Origin: Adineta vaga
Lineage: Eukaryota > Animalia > Rotifera
NCBI GenBank assembly: GCA_021613535.1
Contig: CP075494.1
Span: forward strand, 10,540,001 to 10,604,000
DNA length: 64,000 nucleotides
Reading direction: 5' to 3'
Positions 54,672 to 64,000 of this stretch are shown piece after piece. The notes under the pieces are model-generated. The model was not told the DNA's origin and did no database searches. It saw only the letters and a program-made list of their open reading frames with translations. Position numbers and translations under genes: made by a program. Position 1 is the first letter of the stretch, and every line of letters starts with the position of its first letter.

Positions 54672-56155
54672 ATGTCATCGATTACTCTACGTCGTCTTGC
54701 TACAACGTGTCGACCTATATATAATCGACGTACATTTGCTACCAGTTCACCTCTATTTAACGATTCCGATCATAAAACGAACAGTACAGCAAATACAACT
54801 GATGCTACACGAACAATAACTCTCATTCCCGGTGATGGCATTGGTCCAGAAATATCTAACAGTGTTCAAAAAATTTTTGAAGCTGCTGATGTTCCACTTA
54901 AATGGGAATCCGTTGATGTAACACCAGTGAAATCGGTAAAACATGGAACTTTAACTTGTCTTTTCATGAACTATTATTTTTCTTATTTTAGCCTGATGGA
55001 AAATTTCGCATTCCTCTTCGAGCTATTGAATCTGTAACAAGAAATCGAATTGGTCTCAAAGGACCATTAGCAACACGTAAGAGAAATAAACGCGTTGAAT
55101 ATCTTCTCTAAAAATAAATTACCATGCATTCTTTCTTCTAGCGGTTGGTAAAGGACATCAATCTCTCAATCTTGCTCTTCGTAAACAATTCAATCTATTT
55201 GCTAATGTTCGACCATGCAAATCTCTCGAAGGTACTTATTTTTCGATTGATTTCGAGTGAAAACTAACTATTTTCATTAAGGTTATCAAACGCCTTATAC
55301 AAATGTTGATCTTGTTACTATCCGTGAAAATACCGAAGGTGAATATTCAGGTATTGAACATACAATTGTACCAGGTGTTGTTCAAAGTATTAAATTAATT
55401 ACTGAACATGCATCATTGCGTGTTTGCGAATATGCATTTCTTTATGCTAAACAAAATAAACGAGAAAAAGTAACAGTTGTTCATAAAGCAAATATAATGT
55501 AAGATAAGAGATTTACTTTTGTATGATCATTATTTTCTATGTGTACAATAGGCGTCTTTCCGATGGATTGTTTTTGAAAAGTGCTCGTGAAGTAGCTGAA
55601 AAATATCCAGAAATTAAATTTGAAGAAATGTATCTCGATACAGTATGCTTGAAGGTAAATTGTTCGAAATCTTTTGTTTATTATTAAATTAAATGTTTGC
55701 CTTTTTGTTGAATAGATGGTTCAAGATCCAACTCAATTCGATTGTCTCGTGATGCCAAATTTATATGGTGATATTTTGAGTGATCTTTGTGCTGGTTTAA
55801 TCGGTGGATTAGGTTTAACACCCAGTGGCAACATTGGTGAAAATGGTGCTGCAATTTTTGAAGCTGTTCATGGTACTGCACCCGATATTGCCGGTCAAGA
55901 TAAAGCAAATCCGACTGCTTTACTTTTAAGTTCGGTAATGATGTTAAGACATTTACATATGCCTGACAAAGCTGATCGAATTGAAAAAGCATGTTTTGAT
56001 ACAATTAGAGACGGAAAGGTTTGTAAAAGAAGAATTCAAGAAACTTTTTTCTTAATAATTTTTATATTTAGGTTCTTACTGGTGATTTAGGTGGTAAATC
56101 GAAATGTTCAGAATACACAGCTGAAATCTGTCGACGTATCAAAGATTCATCATGA
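54672..56155 (+). CDS. IDH3A: NAD-dependent isocitrate dehydrogenase subunit alpha, mitochondrial, multi-exon
   Basis: Arg-rich presequence; [13 protein letters not shown]; GLKGPLAT; [18 protein letters not shown]; [11 protein letters not shown]; [15 protein letters not shown]; YLDT; [22 protein letters not shown]; [13 protein letters not shown]. Confidence 0.95.
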
Positions 56156-56698
56156 GTTTTCGAACAAATCATTATGCAATCGATCGTTTAGGATTAGCTT
56201 TCTGTTTGTGTTTTGTTTATCATAGAAATAAATAAATAAAAAGATCTTTTTTTTCCCGATATTATCATTAAAAATCTTTTAAACAAGCCATTGTAATTTC
56301 TATTTACTCTTATCAACAGTAATTGTGTTTTTACTAATACTCATTTATTTTTTAGAACAGAAATGTCCCATTTTGATATCTTATGCTGTTATAGCAGAAC
56401 ATACATCTTCTGCCAAAAGCCTATTCTCTTATCTCTCTCTTTGTTTCATTCTGTCACGTCTTGGTATGTTATGTTCTGTTTCACAGATTGAGCATTTAAA
56501 CAAGTGATAGGAAAACGAAAAGGATTGATAAATAAAGACGTAACATATGCAGTTATAAATAGAAAATTATGATACGCCTCGCTTCAACACTCTTGTCAGA
56601 AAAAAGTGCATTAGATGATTCATCTTGCACATGCACTGTATAAAAGGCTGGATGATTTGGTCATTTTGTTTGTTTTTCTCGTTATAGAAAGAATCTAG

Positions 56699-59661
56699 AT
56701 GAAATCTACCAGTTATATTTGTATTCTTTCAATTGTGTCTCTCATTTTTCAAAATGGTGTTGGAACAGAATCACCATCTATGTCATCCTGGAATTTAATT
56801 CCATATATTATTGCTAATGGTGAATTTGTACAAAAGAATTTTATTGATTCGAATCTTGATTTTAACCAAACATTACCATGGATAAATGTAGATCTTACAG
56901 TCGATGCGAATGGATCAAATTGTAGTCGAGATATTCAATTATTAGCAAGAAGTTTAAAGACCAAGCAAACATGGGCATTGAAGAGTATGTTTATTTTTTT
57001 ATTTTTGTTGTTTTTGAATGCTATCGAACTTTTTTTAGCATTGGATGCTTGGGGTAAAGTTCCAAGTGGAATTATGCAAGGAAATATCTATTGGATTGGA
57101 TCAGTTTATGAATGTGCACATCATTTACGTGGATTGAATAATAGTATCGTTGAACAACCTTTTCAAACTCGTACTTGTCTTATTGGTAATAGTTTTATGA
57201 GTAAAATTCGATCGACGTATGGTATTTGTGTACCACAAAGTTGTAATGCAAGTGATCTTGTCAATTATATCAATACACGTATAAAAACTACGAATGAATT
57301 TCGATTAACTTTTCGCTTTTTATCAACATGTTTTAGGTACGATTCGAATTCCTTTTATTCAACAATATATTCATTTGAACAATGATAGTATTCGATGTAT
57401 CGATTCACGTTCGTTTGATACAAAAGCAATATTAACCATGTATTATCTCTATTTTTTCATAATTCTCTTTCTCTGAATTTATTTTATCTTTTTCTTTAGA
57501 GTTCTTTTATCGCTCATCGTTGCGATGATTCTTCTCTTTACTGGAATGCATATTGCTATTGGACATCAATATACTTTAGAAAATAGTCATAATATTCGAT
57601 CAGGTTATGAAACGCTTGTTGATCAAACAACTACAACTACAGCAGAAGGAGATATGTCAATTACAACAACAACGGCACATCCAATAGAAGAACATGATGA
57701 AGAAATACCACTGATAGTACGACCTGAACAAATCAGCGATGCTAGAAGTAATATCGATTTTATTTCATGTTGTTTTGAAATCTAAATGTTATTTTTAGTG
57801 GGAGAAAAGTTGATCAATTCTTGTTCACTAATCAATAATTATCGTAGTATGAAGAAATTGAGCCAACCAGAAACTTTAGCTTGTTTGAATGGTATTCGAG
57901 TTCTTTCACTTTGGTGGATTATTCTTGCTCATACATTTGCGTATGCTGCGTTTTATTCTGGTAAGTTAATTAAGTGATACTTTTTATAATCAAAGAAACA
58001 TTTCATTCTTCTAAATTAGTTGCTTAGTAAGTACAATGTAAGATTAAGTTGATTTCGCTCATGCTCTCAGATTATTTTCATTGGAAAGCTTTAAAATATT
58101 TATTATTTAGATAATGCATTGACTATTTTTAATTGGATTCGTCAATTTTGGTTTCAAATTATCATTCAAGCTGTATTCAGTATTGATTCATTTTTCTTAC
58201 TAAGGTAATTTTGATTTTCAAAAGAAAACATATGCACTTATCCAGTGATTTATCTTCATTTTAGCGGTCTACTCGCATCATTCCTCTTTTTTGTATCTAA
58301 AATTGAAAATGAACAATTTTCAATTTTAAGATTTCTCATCAATCATTACATTTATCGTTATCTGAGGTATGATAGTAACTTTAATTGATCTCGATCAGAA
58401 TCTTATTTTAAATAGATATACGATATTTTATGCAATTATCCTATTGATCTATATTGCACTGTCACCCTATTTGGGTCAAGGTGGTCCAATTTATCCAAAA
58501 GATGGTACCGAATCATCAGCATGTAAACATACGTGGTGGCGTAATTTACTTTATATCAATAATTTCTTCGATGTTGCCGATAATTGTATGCCGGTAAGAG
58601 CGCACGTTAGATTCGTTTTTTCTGATTCTATGTAATGTAAGAATTCAATTTAGATATCATGGTTCTTAGCAACAAATATGCAATTTCATTGGATTTCACC
58701 ATTGTTTCTATTAGCTGCTTCATGGTAAGTTATTTTCGAATATTAAACATGAAGATTTGTATAATTTTCATTGTTTTAGGAAATGGTTTCTTGGAATGAT
58801 TGTTGCTGTTGTTTTTATCATTGTTGATATCGTTACAACATCAGTAATTGTCTCAAAAAATAATTATGATCATGGAATGCTCAGTGAATTGTATTCGAAT
58901 CATTCTAATTGGTCACATACAACTCATAATTATGTGAATGATGTTTATGTTAAACCATGGTGTCGTATTGCTCCATATGCAGTCGGTTTATTACTTGGTC
59001 ATATTCTTTATGAACTGCATCAACGTGCGAATACACTTTCATGGGAGTCAATTTTACCATCAAGAGGATCAATTCGATTTAAACATTTTCGATCAATCTT
59101 TGCTTGGACTGTAGCATTGATTATCTTAGGACTTTGCATTTTTGGTACATATGGTGATTATAATGGACATCCGTTAACTCGTTCAGGAAGAATTACATTT
59201 CAAGTATTAGCAAGACTTGGCTGGGCAATTGGATTGAGTATTATTATTGTTCTTTGTTATACTGGACGAGGAGGTAGATTTACTTTGTTTTCTGAAAATG
59301 AATTCTTTTGAAGGATGTTTTTTTTACGTTAGGTATAGCCAATAAATTTCTTAGTAATTCAATCTTTCATTTCTTGGCTAAATTAAATTTTGGTGCCTAT
59401 CTTTGGCATTCATTAGTTGTTTTTGTTAGCTATCTCAGTCGAGATCAACCAGTTCATTATACAGTGGCAAATATCGTATGTTCTTTTAGCTTTCTCTCTT
59501 GCTCTCTTACCATTTTTATTCTTTCTTTTTAGTTATTTAATACTATTTTACATATTCTCATATCGTACATTTTATCTTTTATTACTTTTCTTCTTTTCGA
59601 AATTCCGATCATTCAATTATTAAAAATTAATTTTCAACGTCGAATAATTACTTATAATTAA
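56699..59661 (+). CDS. Nose-resistant-to-fluoxetine-6 (NRF-6)-like O-acyltransferase (NRF + acyltransferase-3), multi-exon
   Basis: Signal peptide; WALK|ALDAWGKVPSGIMQGNIYWIGSVYEC; GICVPQSC; CLNGIRVLSLWWIILAH; SIDSFFLLSG; WWRNLLYINNF; YVKPWCRIAPYAVG; LFEIP. Confidence 0.92.
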
Positions 59662-59912
59662 CAGAAAAAAACAAACCGTACATCCATTTTTATGTTATAT
59701 ATCTATTTAATTTCGAATAAATTTCTATTTTGCTTTCCTTCTACGTAAAGAAAACCCTCGATTAACGATTCGACATCTATACGTCCATGTTGAACGGACG
59801 AAAATTGAATAGAGTATAAAAACAGTTAGTTCTTTTCATTTTACTTCATAAACATCTACAAAGTTCAATTCAATACATTCTTTTACTTCGTTTTTTTTTC
59901 TTTCTACAATCA

Positions 59913-60386
59913 ATGGCTCGTCGTTCACATCAAAAACGTCGTCGTGATCCAAATGCACCAAAACAAAGTCAAAAACCTCGGCAATTGTTTATAACTGATA
60001 ATCGCGAAGATATTGTAGTAAGTTGAATGTTCGTTAACAAGAAACGTTTGATTTTTTTCGGTAAATTTTTCATAGAAACAATATCCAAATTTAAGCGTTA
60101 AAGATATTTCAAAAAAATTAGGTGAAATGTGGGAACAAAGTGATGAAGAAGTAAGTTGAAAAGATTCGTAGTGAAAATATTCATTTGAAATCTTTAGATA
60201 AAACGTCGATATCAAAAACAATATCAAACAAATCAAATTGAATATCAAGAAAAATTGGCGACGTATAAAGAAGAACAAAAGAAAAAACGATCTCAATCGT
60301 CAAAATCAAATAAAAATAATAGTAACGATGAAAATAATGTAGAATCAAAGAAGGATGATGAAATAAATAACGAGGATAATTATTAA
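59913..60386 (+). CDS. Single HMG-box chromatin protein (HMG-D/Nhp6-like), 3 exons
   Basis: MARRSHQKRRRDPNAPKQSQKPRQLFITDNREDIV|KQYPNLSVKDISKKLGEMWEQSDEE|IKRRYQKQ...ATYKEE + basic then acidic tail. TATAAAA near 59814. Not in the ORF track. Confidence 0.85.
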
Positions 60387-60869
60387 ATCTAATTTTATTT
60401 ATATCTATTGATGAAATGTGTGTTTTTTTTATGTATTTATCTTGTACAGTTAGTTGTTTTCTTTTAATTCTGTTCATTTGACAAACATATACATAGATTT
60501 CTATAATAAATGAAATGATTATCAATCAAAAACTCTACTAACCTTGATCTATCATCATTATCATCATCATCCAACAAAACGAATTTCAACCTTGAGAAGT
60601 CAAAATAGGGAAAGAATGTTATATAAAGACTAAAAATTCATTTATTTCAATCACAAAATATATTACAAAATGAAAACCTTAGGGATGGAAACATATTGAA
60701 TAAAAAATAGAGAACGTGAAATTTAAGAAAAACCATATTTAATATAGATCATCTACATACATAAATAAGATAAAATACAAAGGATACTAAACAATGAATA
60801 TAACAAATATGATACATTGGATCAATAACTATCTGTGTCTTTTTTTTTGTTCTTTCTTGAAAATAAATC

Positions 60870-62687
60870 TTAAGTTGAACCATGAATCGATCTTGTATAC
60901 ATGCGATTACACTGAGAACAAAATATATGATCATCGATAGGATAACAACCTTGTTCAGAATTAAATTGGGTTTTGCAATTCTAAACAAGCAAGCTCATCA
61001 TCAATATCAGAACATTTTCTTATTAAATACATACTTCACATCGATAACAATCGAGATGGTAACTTCGATCATGTGCTATAATACGAACTGTTTCTTCTTC
61101 ATTCGATATTGGTAAAATTGGTTGATGACAAACGCAGCAACGTGGTGCAAATTTCTGATGAAAACATTCGATACAATGAATTTGCATTGTTGCATCAACA
61201 GTAAATGCTATTCCATCAAGACTTTTCTTACAAGTGACACAACAAAAACATTGAGCATGATAGGGTTTACCCGTAGCACGAAGAACCTATATTCGACAAA
61301 TGCTTTTCTTCTTCCAATCTCAAACATGATCTAACTTACTCGATCAGTTATTGGTAGAGCACAAGCAACACATTTTTCTAATGAATTCTAAACAAAAAAT
61401 AAACAATCCAACAAAAAATGTCTCCTCGAAGCAAAACTCATTACATACAATATAACATGATTCACAATATGGTTGATTTTCCATTGCATAAAAATGCATA
61501 CCACGTAGCCGACAACCACACATGGTACATGTAAAACATGAGACATGATGCATACGATCCATGGCTACTAATCCATTTTCTTCTCCAACAACTTCACCAT
61601 TACATCTTGCACATGTTCCTTGAAAAGAATAAAAGGACACGTTAATTTTCTTCTAAATGAAAACTTTCGAAAACAAACCAATTGAATTTTCTTCATTTGA
61701 TGTATGAATACGTTTCATTAGTATTTTTGTTAAATGATCGACATCAGGTTGTTCTCGTCGAATAAAATGACCATTTCGTATTGATAGTGATGGTGGTGGT
61801 AAATTAACAATTGCTGGTGTTCGTTCAAATGTATTAGTTGTTGGAGTAGTATAAACCATGACTGGTTGAAAACGATTAGATGAATCACGAATTTGATGAA
61901 ATGTCTAAAAAGCAAAATAGATAGAAGCCTATTATTTCAATGTATCGATAAAAGTACTTCACGTTGTGTTGGACTTGATGGGGTTCCAAGTGATATATGA
62001 AAAGCACTACCAGTTCCATTCGTTATCGTACTACCATTGGGTGTAGTGGTAAATGTAATTGGTTGATTTGTTCCTGATCGGTTAATAGAGATTGTTGGTG
62101 AATCTGGTCGAGAAATACGAATTTCATGTAACGTTGATTTGGTCGTTTTTGGTACGGATGAAAAACGAATTTGTTGACGATTTGTTGAACCACCTGATGC
62201 AATCGTAATCAATGGTGATTGAGATGAACTAACACTGATTAATGCTAGAAAAAGAGATATTCTTGTCAACATTAAATTCAATGCACGTACGTGATTAATG
62301 ATTTCAGATAGTTATCAATAGAGAAAATCATCCATCATTTGACTCACCACTACGTTGATTATTATTTGCTGATCGATATTGTTGATGATATTGTGGGTAC
62401 ATGGAGATTGTTGGAGATGATGGTTCATGATCAGATAAATACGAAGTTGCAATTGGTGTACCTAAATTATATTGAATGAAAACATTTTCGACTGTGATAG
62501 AAGTATTGTTTTTTTGTTTACCATTTATTTGATTAGCTGAATGTTGACGTTGTAGTGGATATTGTTGATTATTATTTGTATTATTCGAATAATCAAATGG
62601 ATCAGGAGTAATTTGTGATCGATAGAAAGGTCGAGGACTTACTAATCGAATTGTTGCTGGACTTGGCGAATGTCGATCCAGATTCAT
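60870..62687 (-). CDS. Zyxin/LPP/TRIP6-family triple-LIM protein, multi-exon
   Basis: Low-complexity N-terminus; VDHLTKILM; LIM1 CARC...HVSCFTCTMC...YCESCY; LIM2 LEKCVAC..PITDRVLRATGKPYHAQCF; LIM3 FAPRCCVCHQPILP...EETVRIIAHDRSYH...GCYPIDDHIFCSQCN. Confidence 0.9.
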
Positions 62688-63713
62688 TGTGGAGGTCAAA
62701 ATGTCATTTTCTTGATTCCGAAAGTATTGCTTAGTTTTGTGTAGAAAAATGTTTTGTCGATGAAGAAGAGAAAGACATCGATATATATGGAATACAAAAA
62801 AAAATAAGATGATGTGTATATACTTGGTGCGTGCGTATATGAGTATCAACACCGACAATCAGAGACCACCCACATACCAAAATAGACGACAGGAAAAAAA
62901 ATACGGTAGACGAACAAATCAAGCGGTATCATCTAAATCAATAGACGAATGGCAAAGAACGGGAAAAGAAAAGACAAAAAACAAGTTTTCCGATGTGTTT
63001 TTCCTTCGAAGGATATGACGATATGATATCGCATGTTCATTTATATGAGTTCTTCTTTTTCCTTTCGTATTAAGTAGAAATATTCTAGACAGTCAGATAC
63101 TTATAGTGCATTGGATATTGCTGAAGTCCTGATATATCAGCTGACTTATTCTGACAACAAATGTCGAATAGACACAACAATATTGCCAGTCTAGATGACT
63201 TTTCTATGAAGAGAAAAAAAACACTTCGTATTATGATATTTAGAACGAATAAGAAGAAAGAAAAACAGATCAAACATCAAAGGTTTTCAAAAGTAATATT
63301 ATCCATAGAGATAATAATTCTCGATCATTTTCGGATGATCTAGAATGTCAAAATCGAGGATTTCTTTTTACCATGATTTTGAATCTTTGTATTATATTAA
63401 GTCGTTCGATACACTTTTCAGAACTAATGATTTTTCTCTATCATACTCATCATTGGTGCAAGAATCTAATCCAGAAACTTCTAGGAAAGTTTCAATTTCA
63501 TATGTTTCTACAAAATTTACACCAATTATGTGCGTCTTTTAGGAATATGTTTCTCACCCACACCTATCCCACCCTTAACACTACGAAGGTGAACATTGTC
63601 AGCGCAGACGGACGAGAATGCATTTCTACAATTAACCTTATTCGTAGGAAAAAAATGAAATATATGTACATATTTACATATTCCATCTTGCTCAAGCGTG
63701 AATTTCGACACAT

Positions 63714-64000
63714 ATGGATGATAAAATTGCTTGTATTCTTAGTTTACCGGACGAATTATTGCTTGCTATTTTGAAGAAACTCAACAATATTGATGCATTA
63801 TATTCACTGGTTGATATTCATGAGAAACTTGACAGAGTCGTATGTGATGCTAATTGCAGTAGAACTGTTGATCTAACGACAATATTACCACATGGCGGCT
63901 TGCATGATTCATTGGAAGACCATATTATCAATCGATTTCAAACATTGATATTATCTCATATCCATAAATACTTGAAGTCTCTTACTGTTGAAGCAGTATT
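63714..64000 (+). CDS. F-box-domain protein (lineage-expanded type), truncated by window end
   Basis: Open frame MDDKIACILSLPDELLLAILKKLNNIDALYSLVDIHEKLDRVVCD...IINRFQTLILSHIHKYLKSLTVE. LPDELL..I is an F-box-like start. Confidence 0.75.
   Translation, partial: MDDKIACILSLPDELLLAILKKLNNIDALYSLVDIHEKLDRVVCDANCSRTVDLTTILPHGGLHDSLEDHIINRFQTLILSHIHKYLKSLTVEAV

Noticed and set aside
63553-63575. Telomeric-like TGTGGG/GGGTG tract on the minus strand
   Set aside because: Only one or two imperfect units, not a tandem array.

Overview
AT-rich, gene-dense eukaryotic (animal) genomic DNA with very short introns (mostly about 45-70 nt, GT-AG). Intron size, composition and three lineage-expanded gene types (TRAF, intronless 'MAWASIERH' GPCR, 'LPDELL..ILKKLNNID.LYSL' F-box) point to a bdelloid rotifer; this is an inference. 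I spliced about 28 genes by eye: TRAF, histone H3.3 variant, SNX27, SNX17, a small secreted protein, an orexin/allatotropin-type GPCR with a nested opposite-strand membrane-protein gene, PPP1R42, DDX51, an Apd1/Aim32-like thioredoxin-like ferredoxin (HGT candidate), a Cys-loop channel, an intermediate filament, two divergent TALE homeobox genes flanking an orphan, PPEF/rdgC, ZCCHC10, a mitochondrial-targeted micro-protein, SGF29, RAP74, RhoA, a RING-BLM/RecQ fusion, IPO13, a class A GPCR, IDH3A, an NRF-6-like acyltransferase, an HMG-box gene, zyxin/LPP and an F-box gene. There is also one TA-flanked MITE. Several genes (H3, RhoA, HMG-box, secreted protein, F-box, the true PPEF tail) are absent from or mis-framed in the ORF track. 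Best leads: (1) a receptor + nested single-pass protein + prepropeptide-like three-gene module; (2) a RING finger spliced in frame to a BLM helicase; (3) a PPEF phosphatase tail with 8 tandem PKA consensus sites; (4) a foreign-type Fe-S gene 69 bp behind DDX51 in an operon-like layout. No rRNA, tRNA or CRISPR was recognised. All family assignments come from recalled motifs, not database searches.
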